From NCBI GenBank assembly GCA_000165425.1, contig CT868029.1:62001-126000 (forward strand): 64,000 bases of DNA, written 5' to 3'. Of the stretch, positions 39,972 to 53,048 are shown in pieces. The position numbers and the translations under genes are program-made. The stretch comes from Paramecium tetraurelia (taxonomy: Eukaryota). The notes beneath the pieces are model-generated. The model worked only from the letters and a program-made list of their open reading frames with translations. It was not told the DNA's origin and ran no database searches. Position 1 is the first letter of the stretch, and every line of letters begins with the position of its first letter.

Positions 39972-41521
39972 ATGAGCAAGAATAAACCCAAACCAACAGA
40001 TTCTAAGCCGTAGTTATCAAGTATTCTTCCCTCATTTATCATCCATAGAAGCAGAATTGGAGGCTTAAAATAAGGCTAAATAAGTTAACGATGTTGAGAA
40101 TGAGGCTTACAAGGTATTATAATTTTGAAACTCCTCTAGAAATAAATGAGAGAAGAAATAAGATTACTTAAAACGGACATAGATGCAGAAGAGAAATTAC
40201 TTTCCTAATATCAATAGGAAAGAGAAAAGATAAATTACAACTGGATCATTGCAAAGAAGGAATTGGATGATAAAAAAAGTGATTTCATTAACAAAGAAAG
40301 AGAAATTCAGGATCTAAAGGAGAATCACTTTATGCAATTGAATCTTTACAAATAAAAGTAAGGTTTCATTATATAATTAGAATTAAACATCTGTTATTTT
40401 AAAATTAGGATTAGTAAAGTGATTTAAGAAAGGATGTAGAAGTCACTCTAAAACAATTAGAAGACGATCACAGAATGAAGGACAGAGAATTGAAGACTGA
40501 TATAAGATCTTTGAAAGTCCAACAGAAAGAGGCTGATTTGGCATAAAATGATTATATGTTTGCACTTAAAACTGAATATGATCGCTAAGCCACTTAATTG
40601 AGATAGAATTTTGAAAGACAGGCGAATGATTTAAAAGAGAAATATCATTTAAAGATGGAGAAATTAAGAAGAGAGATGGAAGAAGCAAGAAATAATCTCA
40701 TCAAAATTCTTTAAGAAAAAAAGGATTTAAGAATATAATAATTAACAAAAGAACATTCAAAAAAATACACAGAAATTAAGAATTACTACTCTGATATCAC
40801 TGCTACTAATTTGGATATGATCAAGAGTTTAAAGAATGAGATTACAGACCATCAAAAGAAGGAAGAGAAGGATAAGAAACTCTTGTAATCAATTGAAAAT
40901 GAGTCTAAGAATTTGAATGAGCCCCTCAAAGCCATTAAAGAGGAAATTAAGTTCTTGATCAAAGAGAAGGAAGAGCAAGCCCAAGTTGTCCAATAGAAGG
41001 AACAATTGAAACTAAAAATAGATGAACTTGAGAAGAAGTTTAGAAATTTGGAATATGAATATGAAGTTAAGTTATAGCATTTCCAATACATGGAGAGGGA
41101 AAAGAGATCTCTTGAAGACAAATTCAATTAAACAATTCAATCAATCTAATAAAAAACTGGATTACAAGTATATCTTATATTACATTATACAATAGAATCT
41201 GATTTTGGAAAAGAAGACATCTGCCATCTAAGAAGAACTTGAAATTAAGGAATTGCAATTGAATCAAGTCTTACAAGGAGCAAATATTGATCAAAATACT
41301 ATTAGTAGTTTCATTATATTAATTTAGATGTCATCACAAGGTAGTATTAGGAAATTGATGTCTAAAAGTCAGCACAAATAGCTGAATTGCAATAATAACT
41401 AACTTAAATAAGGAAGGCTCATTCTCATATGGTTAAGGCTTATGATGGCAAATTGGCTGAGTTTGTTATTCCTGTTGAAGAACTTGGATTCGATCCTTTG
41501 GTGCCAACTTTTACAGAATGA
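39972..41521 (+). CDS. GAS8: growth-arrest-specific 8 / dynein regulatory complex subunit 4
   Basis: QQEREKINYNWII, LYKQKIKHLLFQ, EIKNYYSDITATNLDMIKSLK, QQKTGLQNLILEKK and KAHSHMVKAYDGKLAEFVIPVEELGFDPL. Confidence 0.93.
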
Positions 41522-41553
41522 GTTGCAAATATTATATTCAGTTAATTTATATT

Positions 41554-44500
41554 ATGTTGAAAAGAAGAAATAAAATTTGCCAAAATACCATAAATTATGT
41601 TAAAAAATAGACCAATTCTTTGTACGGAGGAGCCTCCTGATGAAGATCTGTTATTTATACAGCCGTATCAGGTTGAATAAGAAGTCCCAAATGTGAGTGT
41701 AAGTATAAGTGAAGCAAGTGAAAGCAAGGATGATTCAAAAAGAGTTTTTGAAATACCTTAGGTTTTGATTGAACATCATGAATAAGAAAAGTTAAAGTAA
41801 CAAGAATTCATGAGAAGATCAGAACCTAAGAAAGGTTTTGCCAAATTGGTTCAACTCTTACACATCAGATAATTTATCCATTAAATTCTTGCCAAAAGAA
41901 GATTGATCTCAAAAATCACTAAATATCATTTGTAAGTGATTAATGATAAAGCATCCTCTCTAGATGATGTTGGCTTTAGAAAATTCGCTATTAAAATTAA
42001 ACCATTGATTTAAAGCTTGCAAGAAAACACCTAAGCTCAATTAGGGAATCAAAGGTAAAGAATTAAAGTTATATTAATTTAGAAGTAAGTAGTTTCTCAT
42101 GTAGAGAACAAAAATATTTATAGGAAGCTAAGTGTAGAGATTTTACAATCTAATCCAAAAAATTCCATTAATCAAACCAGACTCAAAGCTGAAAGTGGTT
42201 TGGGACAGTATTCTATTTATTTGCAGATTCTATTTGCTATTTACAATCCCAATAGATTTAGCTTGGCCATCTATTTAATTTTTATTTAGTGCTTTAGAAG
42301 TTCCAACAGTAATTTGTATAACTCTTTTGATAATGGACTTTTTTGTATGTTTATTCCAATCATATTATCACCAAGGACAGTTGGTAACGGATAGGATGAG
42401 TATATTAAAACATTAGATAAGTAAGGCATATGGCTTTGAATTGATAGCCAACATTTTACTTATTGTGTTTTACAATATCTCCAATTAATATGACTACGGA
42501 TTTAATGTGTTTGACAATCCTTATTACCTATTTCTATTTCTCTAATTTGTTCAATATAATAATATCACCTAACTAAGATAACAACTAGAAGATGCATTGA
42601 ATTTATCAAGGGAAGCAGCCTCCTTAATGGAACTTTCAAAATTGTTTGTTTTGCTATTTTTCGTTATACATGTATTTGCTTGTTTATGGTTTTGGGTTGG
42701 ACTTTACAGCGAAACGTACTTGGGTAGTAGTTGGCTGGAGGCTAAGCAGGTTTTAGATAAATCTTTTGCTGATCAATACTTGTACTCATTTTATTATTCA
42801 ACAGTAACCATGTTCACAGTAGGATATGGTGATATAACTCCATAAACTAATCCAGAAATGATAGTTTCAATTATATTTATGTCTGTTTGCAGTGTTTAGT
42901 TATCTTACAGTGTTAGCACAGTCAGCTCTATTATTGAATAGATAAGTGGATTCAAAAAGGAGAAAAAAAGAAAGTTTAACATTATCAATAATTATATGCA
43001 ACAAAAGAATATTAGTTATGAATTGCAATTTTAGATAAGAGAGTATTTAAATTATTTTTGGGCAATGAAAAGAAATGAAGAATCAAATGAGGAGAAAGAA
43101 ATCATTGATGAATTGTCAAGTAGACTAAAATAGAGATTGATATTTGAAGCCAATTCAAGGATTCTTTACAATAGTCCTTTTTTTAAGAAGAATTTTTCAT
43201 TAAATTTTAAAAAAGATTTGGTAAGTAAAATCACTTCAATCTCAATTGCACCAGAGAATGTTCTTGATTATACTAAATAATCACAGGATGAGCATAGTCT
43301 ATCGATATTTTTCATAGAGCAGGGGTAGATTGAAGTTTTTATAGAAAATGAGCAATTGAGTGAATTATCAAGAGTTTATAAATTAAAAGAAGGCGAAAGT
43401 TTCGGATTCGTAAGTTTCATAACAGGGAATCCTAGTGTTGAAAAGTATAAGACTATTGGATTTACAAAACTATTAATAATAACAAGGAAAGACTTTTTGG
43501 ATGTGATAAAGGATTATCCTGACGACTATGAAATGTTCTATACTTTTTTTGAAGAACTCACATTTAATAGTGAAAGCGAATTGCTTACTATGGAATGTTT
43601 CTCTTGTAAATCAAAAACTCATAAAGCAATCTCATGTCCCCTTCTTCATTTTAAGCCAGATCGGGAGAAGATTATAAAATCAGCCTAATTTAGTAGAGAA
43701 TAATAAAGAGATAATACAAAGAAACGAAAGGATATATGCTACATTAAGGCTATTCTAGGTTAAAGTATTTTAGACGATGTGGCTAAGCAAGTCTAATCAG
43801 ATAATCAGCAATTAACATATCTATATGAAGAACTTGATGAAGACAAATCAGCCACCCCGAAAGTCTAGTTTGTTGATAATTCAGATGAAAAATCTCACTT
43901 TAGAAACAACAACCATGATTCAAAAATATAAGTGTTTGATTTTAAGGAGGAATCCTTAAAGCCTCAGAATCAATAGAAGAAATAGTTTTTAAGGAAAAAG
44001 TAGACATTACAAGATATTGGGGATATTATGTAGAACAATAAAAAGTTGAAGGAAACTAAAGAAAAGTTTAGGTCTATTGTTAAGAAGGTTAATCTTATGA
44101 ATGACTTTTTCGAAAAACAAGTTGAAGATTCTTAACAAAAACTACTTTACTAATACAGAGACTATTTGAAAATTATCTAATATCGAAAAGCCAGGATATA
44201 GCACGTTAAAAATATATACTCGAATAAAACAATTCATGAATTAGAATTTTTTGAACTCAAACTAAAAATGCTCCTATAAACAGAATTTGACACACTTCTA
44301 GAAGTATAGAAATCCTATAAATATTTCAAACCAAGGGATAACATTTATTAAGTCTTAAGCAGAACAAAAATATCGATGTTATCAAGTACTAATGAAGTGC
44401 AGATGTTTTTTTAGGAAAAGTCTTAGCAATTAATAAAGTATCTATTTTATCCACATTTATATATCCAAAAATATCTATACAAATATAAGAAGTTAGATTA

Positions 44501-44597
44501 GGTGGGAGAAATTAAGAAAACATAATTATTTAAAAGAAACAATAGAATATCTCTGGCATTCATTATGTAATAACATTCGTCAATTAAAAAACCTTGA
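41554..44597 (+). CDS. K+ channel with cyclic-nucleotide-binding-homology domain (KCNH/CNG-like)
   Basis: KVVWD, IPIDLAW, HVFACLWFWVG, pore YYSTVTMFTVGYGDITP, C-linker LQFQIREYLNY and CNBD-like GESFG. Confidence 0.93.
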
Positions 44598-44719
44598 ACA
44601 ATATTATTAATATTTCAATATTTATATTATTGTACTTCTTATATTTTTACTAAAGTTTATTGATTTTTGGCCAAAATTCAAATTAGTTTATTTATAATTT
44701 TTATAATTCATCATAATTC

Positions 44720-45950
44720 GATGATCTTATGGATTAATAACATATAATAGATCTCTAATTTTATAGTGAATCTTTTTAAATAAAAATTAAAAGACTCTTT
44801 AAAAGGTTGATATTAAGAGAAAGTTAAAAGCAATTTTTTGATATAATATAAATAAGGAATTATCTTGTATTTTTGGTTGGATATCCTCCATTATATGCAG
44901 GGTTCTACAATTTACATCATGAAGAAATTAAGTAGATGAAAATTATGCTTTAACACTATTATTTAAGATTCATCAAGGAAGTACTAGAATTTAAGAAATG
45001 AATAATGTATAACTTATGAAATCGAGCGGATTTAACTCTTATAAGAGGATAGGAGATGCTTCTTTTTATTTTTAGCTTTGAAATAAAAGTATATTTCAAT
45101 TACTATTCATATATGTAAAATTTATATAATTTTAAAGAGTGGAACAAGATTATCAGCAGACTTTTGATAAACGTCAGATAAATAGGTTAATAGTGGAGTA
45201 GTATTAATAAGGATGCATAATTGACAGGGATTTAAGATTTAAAAGAGTGAGACTTTGAAATATTGCGATTATAATGGTTGCAGAATTGATGGATAAGAAG
45301 GAGAGAAGAGAAATTTCTAGAAATCAAAAATAATTTCATTTGAATACTAGATGTGTTGTAATGATTAATAGTTTATTCTTAATGGTAAATAGCTCAGATG
45401 AGTTAATCAAATTTACTAAGAATTATATTCTTGATTTTTAATTGGAGAAGCAATTACAACCAATTTAATATTCTTTACGTCAATATAATTTAAATCAATA
45501 TTTTTCAATTCATTTGTAGATCTGAGCGATAAGAAGAGTCGTTTTTAATAAGGTAAAATACTGACCTATCTAAATTCTAATTTAGGTTAATTTATTCGTT
45601 CTAATGATCGTTTGAATTGATGGGTATTGATTCCCAGAAACAGAATAAAAAAATGAATAGATCTATTAGTTTGGTTATTGGATAGCATAAGTGAATAAGA
45701 ATGGAAGACTTCTTCAATTAAATTCGAAAGATTCAGAATGTTAAAGCTCTATTAAATTAAAAAAGTTCAATCTACAGGAATTTTTAAATCCATGATGAAT
45801 ATGAATTTATTAAAGTTTGAATGTCTTCGAAAGGTCCATAGAAAGCAGAGTCGGCTGGAGATTCGATAAAATGTGAATTTATGATTTGTTTATTATACTC
45901 TATAAAGTCATAAATAAAGGTTTGGATGATATCGAAATATCATTAATTAT
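44720..45950 (+). pseudogene. decayed kinase-like remnant (possibly CDPK-type)
   Basis: ttggttggatatcctccattatat encodes LVGYPPLY (kinase subdomain IX-X-like). The remainder is broken by TGA codons and frame changes. Confidence 0.3.
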
Positions 45951-45994
45951 AGAAGAAGGAAGTATGTGATTTTGATTTCAATAATTTATTTAAT

Positions 45995-48617
45995 ATGTAA
46001 GATAAAATGCGTGTTAGTACCACAGGTGCTAAGCTGTTTACTGAGGGGAATCAAACAGAGACATAGCCTTTTCGATAGTAAATCTAAGGGTAATAATCTT
46101 CAGGAGGTGAATCCTTGATGAGGTACTAAAGAATGCTTACTCAAAAGTCGGAACGCAAAACTCACTACGTACAATAGTTTTGTAGTAATTTGAAATCGCA
46201 AACGAATAGATTCGGAGTTATTCCTGAGGAATATGTATCGTTTATTGGAGACAAAACCTCATATCGAAACTCCTCTACTTTTAATATTCGATTAATGCAT
46301 AAAAACTTTTCATTGCAATTAGAGTTGAAGTTTTTCGAGAAGATCAGACAATTTTTTTCGCGATATTTGAATAAGTTGATTTAATGTCTGAAACGAATTG
46401 AGTTATTTCAGCCAGAATCCTCTGTCAAATTGATATGGGACTCAGCGTCGTTGGTTTCAAGATTATATTTTTTATTCCTCATCCCCTTGGATATTGCATG
46501 GAGTAAATATTCATTCATGTTTGACATGTATAATTTGACATCCTTTATTTTTCAAATGGTTCTTCTGGGAGATTTAATCGTAGGCTTGAATACAGCATTT
46601 TATAATCAAGGACAATTGGTTACAGATCGGAAATAGATAGTTTATCATAATTTTTTGAAATGTTTTGGACTAGAATGGACTTCAACAATACAATTACTGG
46701 TCTATTAGATACTCACGTAGGATCCCACGATAACACAATATATAAAAGACTATAAAATCTATCTGACTCTTGTGACCTTCTTAGTTCATTACAGTACCAT
46801 ACAGGAATGCTTGGAGTATTATGAAGAAGGATTGAACCTTAGCAAAAAAGCCTCATCCATAATAGAGCTTGTTAAATTGATCGCAGTGTTATTTTTTATC
46901 ATTCACATGTTCTCATGCTTTTGGTTTTGGGTAAAAAAATAAATCATTCTAGGTGGGTGACTATAGTCATAACAATTATGGAGTAAGTTGGCTGGAGAAT
47001 ATTGTGGACAAGGAATGGGAAATCTAATATTTATCCTCGGTTTACTACTCGACAGTTACCATGTTCACTATTGGATATGGTGATGTTCTGCCACAAAGCA
47101 ATTTGGAAAGGATTGTATGCTGCTTATTCATTATTATGGCAAGTTTACAATTGCCTTACAGTATCAACACTGTGGGAGCCATCATTTCCAAGATTAGTGA
47201 ATATGGGGAGGATAAGAAACGCAAATTGAGAATCATCAATTCGTACATGCAAAAGAAGAGAATCCCATTCCCATTACAGAGCGAAATTCGGTAATATCTA
47301 AATTACTATTGGCAATTGAATAAGGAAAAGGATGCGGATGAGGCTGCATAGATGATCAATCAATTATCTGAGAACTTAAAAGAAAGATTGACTTAAGAAT
47401 CAAATTCGGTTATTTTGAATCAATGTGCCTTATTTCGGTATCGCTTTACACCTGCTTTCAAAAGAGAACTCATCAAATCCTTAAAAACCAAGATTCTGGC
47501 ACCTGAAACAATAGTTGGAGACAAAAAAGAGTTAGTGTACATAGAATCTGGCACCATTGACATGTATGGAGATTAATAGTGCAATCTAAAATTACAATCA
47601 TTCAATGCCAATCAAACTATCGGTCTTATTCCATTCGTAACAGGCAAATTACAACCTGAAACCTATAAAAGTTAAGGCTTTTGCTTGCTCATGACATTGT
47701 CACATAGGAAATTCAAGAAAACTCTGAAAGACTTCCCAAATGACTATGAAATCTATTGTCAAATGAAGGACTATTTACTATTCAACGGAAATGAAACCAC
47801 AATCTTCCCACGCAAATGCTATGCTTGCTAAAGTTATAAACATTACTCGCATGAGTGTCCAGTTGTGCATTATGTACCTGATAGAGAAAAAATAATAAAA
47901 AAACACACGATTTCTACCACATAATAAAGAAAACGGATACCGCGTTAAGAAAATAGGAGAGCTAGGTATCCTTCGCGGAAACATTCCCAGTAGTCTCTCA
48001 TTAGGGCTTCGTTTATTGTGCAATAGGAAAATTAGAACATTGTTAAATTGTACGATATCCCTTACGTTGTTGAGGAAGAAGCAAAAATCCATAGTTTGAA
48101 TTCCTACCAAAGTATCAAGAATAAACCTAAGCACAATGATGAGACAAGGAAATAAATAATGGCTAGGTTCAAGAACTTAGTGAAGAAGATTACTCTAATA
48201 GACAAATACTATCCACAGTTTATGATGACTATTTTAAAGAAATTCAGACACAATCAGAATTATTTTAGTCAATAGTCGCAGTTGAAGTAATTGAAGATAA
48301 GATATGATCATATTAAGCAATTAACGAAAGTGGATCCTCAATTACTCAATGATATTGATGATGTAATAAGAATAAATTCAGAATATGATATATGTTAAAA
48401 CTAAGAATTCGAAACTCCAAAGAATTTCATTCATTACAATCCAAAGTTCAACTTCAATAATGTCAAATTAAAGATAGACAAGAGTAAGATGAGAATTCTG
48501 AATGAGTTCCAACGGTACTGTTTGTTTCCTGCTGTCATCATGCGGAAATTCCATTCGACAAAAACAACTTAAGATCTAATCACTTACAAAAGGAGGAAAA
48601 ATGTATTTATGAAATGA
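45995..48617 (+). CDS. second K+ channel with CNB-homology domain (tandem paralog)
   Basis: KLIWD, LIPLDIAW, GQLVTDR, HMFSCFWFWVG, pore YYSTVTMFTIGYGDVLP, and C-linker LQSEIRQYLNY. Confidence 0.93.
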
Positions 48618-48664
48618 TATATATTATCATAAATTATTGTAATTATGATTAATGCTGATATAAT

Positions 48665-50299
48665 TCATTTAAGGTTTTATCTAATCTAGTTGAAGGAAAA
48701 GATGCTGTCATCATCCTCATAATCGAAATCAGATTCATTTGATTTTGTTTCTGAAAAGCTTGTACTTGAATTCTGAGTTATGACATATGGATCTGAAGCT
48801 TCAGCCATACTTTCAATAGCTGATTCGTCAACTCCTCTTTTCATTCTAAAGTTTCCTCCTTCTCCCCATTGATTTCCCCAACTGTTTTACAACATCCAGA
48901 ACTTAACGCCATCTTCTTCTCCCCATCCATAACATAAGACTGAATGATCAACTTTTTCCTATCTATAAATAAGATTTGAATACCCATTCTGCATAATCGT
49001 TGGTTTAAGCCTTGGAATGATAGATACCAGATTCATAATACATGAAATCGTAGGATGGCTCGAAACTCAAAACAACAGGGCCATTCTTCATTACTTCTGC
49101 CATGATGATTTATTCTGAGACTCTGCCATATGAACCTCCCAAATATTTATAGTTTCTATAAGAAGTTAGAAAGAATAATAAACTTGGTTGAATAAACTTT
49201 AGATTAAGACTTGGCCTTCTGGAAATTGCAAGATCCGTCAAATCCTTGATATGGTTCTGCTCCTTCAGATACGAGTACTTGTTCTTCAGCAAATTTATTC
49301 ACTAAGTAAGGATAACCACCATCACATCCTTGGTTGTAATAGTTGCAATTTAAGGACCATTAAGGTGAGAGATCGACATTTTCACCCTTTATTTTCAATC
49401 TTGCTGATAACATAGACATTGTGGCTATTGCATAACAAGATCCGCATTATCCTTATTGTCTAGGTGGTGCAAGTTTCCTAATTTCATAAACAACAATATA
49501 TATACTCTTTCCAATTGAAAGACTTTGGTAAATCTGAATAGTCACCAGTTTGAACGAACACTTTATTTGCTGTTTAATCCTACTATTTGTATGACTTGTC
49601 CTTCTTGAATCCGAGCTTCTTTCCCAAAGACTTGGCCACTTCAGCAAAGCTCTTACCCTTCATATTATCATAGACCTTAGCTTTCCATGTTCCTTCCTTC
49701 TGATTCAATTTCTCGACGACTTCCTCGTGATTCACTTCTGGTGTTTTTTCTTGAACTTGTAAGAATGACAAAGATTTCATATCGTCATCATCCATAAATT
49801 CAGGTTGGACAATGCTGACTGTTTTGATGGATTCAGATGACTCTACTTTTTCCGTTTTTTCAGCTCTATAACATCCTCTCTCTTGAGTGTCTTGATTTGT
49901 GTACCATCCAACGAGGGTTTAATCACAATATGACACTCCCTCTCTGCCCTTTGGCTCATATTTTGAGAATGCAAAATATTTCATATTACCTAGTTTGATT
50001 TCAAAACCTTCATCATAAACCATAGTCCATTCACCTGATTTTGAACTGGATTTAACTTTATAATCATCTCCCAAAGTAACCTCAAAATCTTATGATGGTT
50101 AAAAGTTGCTAGAATAAGCCATATATGATGTCTTAGCTCTGTCAGGAATTTCATGACCACATGGCAACAGACCAACACCCTTTTAAGTTGGTTTTTCCAA
50201 ATATAGTCTCCACTTTCCTGCAACCTGGTGCTTCAAGCAATGGACAGGTAAATCGCAGATCGCGAATCCGAGCATACAAAATAAGACAACGAATCTCAT
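48665..50299 (-). CDS. CTSC: cathepsin C / dipeptidyl peptidase I
   Basis: Signal peptide then DLPVHC. Exclusion domain [10 protein letters not shown] and YFAFSKY. Catalytic QGQCGSCYA, KVDHSVL and QNSWG motifs are intact. Confidence 0.95.
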
Positions 50300-50336
50300 T
50301 TTAAGAAATTATATATATAATAACAAAAACGGAAAA

Positions 50337-50860
50337 ATTATTAAAGAAGCCTTCTTTAATAATTACTCTGAATTAATTATTGCAATCAACAATAGAGCTA
50401 ATAGAATAGAGTTGTGTGATAATATTCCAACATCCAATTGTTGTTGTGATTAGACTAAGGGGAGGTGATTTCAAATATACAGCTGAGGAATTGGAAATTA
50501 TGTAGATATCAAGATATCAAGATTTGCAAATCACTCCAAGCAATAGGGTTGTTAAATGTAGTATAACATCTGGCCATTGATAATTTGGCATAATTATCAT
50601 GAAAGTCTGCAGTAACTCATTAGTTTAAAATCAAAAGAGGAGAGTTCTTACTAAAGGAGGAAAGTATAGATTGACCTTGGAGGGGAAGGATTCAATTAAA
50701 TAATTGTTGAACCCTTTTTAGAGCTAACAATTTTAGCTGGTTGTGGAATTACTAAAGACAATTATCTGATCTTTTTTTAGAATTACAATTTGAAAGAAGT
50801 CCATTTGAAATGTGCTTAAATAGTTTCTCGATTTCTCTTGAACTAAAATAGTTTGAATTT
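50337..50860 (+). pseudogene. CUTC: copper homeostasis protein CutC pseudogene
   Basis: AINNRANRIELCDN, VVIRLRGGDFKYTAEELEIM, DIKICKSL, RVLTKGG, ILAGCGIT and LKEVHL occur in order but in shifting frames. No start ATG seen; the GGTTPS and TFHRAFD motifs are missing. Confidence 0.8.
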
Positions 50861-50945
50861 CTTTTTAGAGATGTTTAATATAATATTATTGTGAGTATTT
50901 TAAATTTAATATTCAAACCTCACACCATCTGAACTTAGTAAAGAA

Positions 50946-51746
50946 ATGATTCCTTTATAAGTCAAATTATCATTTACATCTTAGAACTTCAATCATCGTT
51001 AGTCAGCTTCTGTTTTGTTTAGGTAATATGAATCCAGAAAACAATCTCCTGTCACCCATGTTGTTGTTACACATAATCCAAGAAGAAGTCACTAATTTGA
51101 TGGCAGATCCATTTCACCATCCAAGATTCTAACTACCTCACATGTCTATCCAAAAATTATACAGTCCACAGAATTGAAAACCAGAATACCTACTTAAGTA
51201 AGTCCTTCCCTTGTAATCTAGGGTTAAAGCATCCCCATTCAAGAGGCACTCAAGATTTACTCAGCCAAAACCAATACCGATTCCCAGTATAATTCAAACA
51301 AGGTCTCTTCGTACATTCAAGAGAAAATTAATGAAAAGTCAAACTACACCAAAACTACTACGGGGGAAAGTTAGGATGACGAAAAGTCTTCCAAGCAAAG
51401 TATTCATTATTGTCTTATTAGAACCTTCAATAATTTATTAAAAACAACTTCTTGACAAAGATTTATAAATCATGCAATTATAGAAAGAACTCAAATAAAT
51501 TAAAGAATCAAATGTAATTGAGATAATTATGTATTTTAGAAAAAATATCAAAACATTGAAAAGGAGTACGATAAACTTTTATAAGAAAATCAAAAATTGA
51601 AATTGCAAATCTAACTATAATAAGTCCAAATTACCTAACTTACACATTAATAATCCTTGATCTCTCCAGGGAGACCTTCAGAGTATGTTAGTGCATTGAG
51701 TGAATAAGATAAACTAAAAATAAAGACTCTACTAGAATGTGAATGA
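50946..51746 (+). CDS. low-complexity plus coiled-coil hypothetical protein
   Basis: MIPLQVKLSF... Ser/Pro-rich region, then a coiled coil, ending ...KTLLECE-TGA. Confidence 0.7.
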
Positions 51747-52071
51747 ATTTATAATGATATTCACTAATTTCGTATCTATTGTTGATTGCATAATTTATAA
51801 ATCATTTAGCTTCTACTATATATGAAGGTATCTAAAAAATTAATGGAATCATTGCTTTATAATGTATATTTATTTATCTATTAAATTCTTTTCAAAAGTT
51901 CATATCGATATATTACCAGTGATATTATATCAGATTACATAATATTTGATCTCTTCCAAGCTTAAGTATTTGCTTGACTACTTTGTTCTTAAGTATTGAA
52001 TTTTCGACTCCCAGAAATAAATTATTATAAAAAGATAAATGTAGTTGAACTAAAATAACAACAATTATATA

Positions 52072-52909
52072 TCATAATCCGAAATCTGATGGCAATTTAT
52101 ATTGTCCTGGTCCAGGTGATCCCTCTCTATTTTCTGAGAGTATGCGTTAAGCTCTGGGGAATTTGTTGCATCTGCTTGCCCCAAATTTGGAGCAAAAGTA
52201 AGTACCCAGAGGGTCCATGTTACCAGTCTCTTTGTATGACCCTGGTCCTGGAGTGCTATCTCTTAGTTTTCTGTCCGAATGGACTCTGGGAGGTGAGAGT
52301 ATCACAGCTCCTGAACTTTTTATTTGATAGCGTCATATATAATTACTCTCGATATTAACTGAGGGCATACTTGCCTCGACTGTTTATGCTGCTTGGTAAA
52401 TCATATTCGCCTCTAGAATAGGTTCATAGGAATACGGTCCGGGTTTTCTGTCCTTGTTTCTTCTGCTTTGCAATCGTTGTCTTATGCTGTAACGAACTGC
52501 TGACTAGGGATCTTTAAAATTGTATGATCCAGGTCCTGGTGTCTTTTGAACTAATCCCAAGAAAATGCTCTCAAATTTATTGGCTCGCTTTAGAATTGGA
52601 ACAATAGAGTTACATCTCTACCCAATCCCATGGTCCATCCATGTTCTCTGACAGTCTGAACCTAATAGGAATTGGGAGCAGGCGAAATGGTTTCTTGGGT
52701 TATGTTCATCTTCTTTCCATAGCCGATCCCAGCTGCTCTCTTGCTCAATGTAGTTGGCAGCTGATAAATTGGAGGACAACTAATTTGAGTTATGTGTGTA
52801 AATACACGTTGTCTTTGGGATCAACCCATCGTTTGGCCTTTGAGAACGTATACATTTATTTAGTTTTGCTAGTGTTTAATGGAGATCGATTAGCAGCAGT
52901 AAAGTCCAT
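52072..52909 (-). CDS. sperm-tail PG-rich (STPG/SHIPPO, ODF3-like) repeat protein
   Basis: Repeats SPAPNSY, TPGPGSY, KPGP, TPGPGSY and SPGPGQYKLPSDFG. Confidence 0.9.
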
Positions 52910-53048
52910 TTTCTAATTATTTTTATATTGATAATATTGGTCAATTATATGATGTTTTTGTTGAACATTCTCGCTACTCAAGAAACTTACTTACATAGAG
53001 CGAGTAAAACCGAAAAACTTCCCTATATTTTGATAAAATTATTAAATA

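Noticed and set aside
47778..48134. 118-aa minus-strand ORF
   Set aside because: Antisense to the second K+ channel.
52089..52916. Two plus-strand ORFs rich in Cys/Leu
   Set aside because: Antisense to the STPG-repeat gene.
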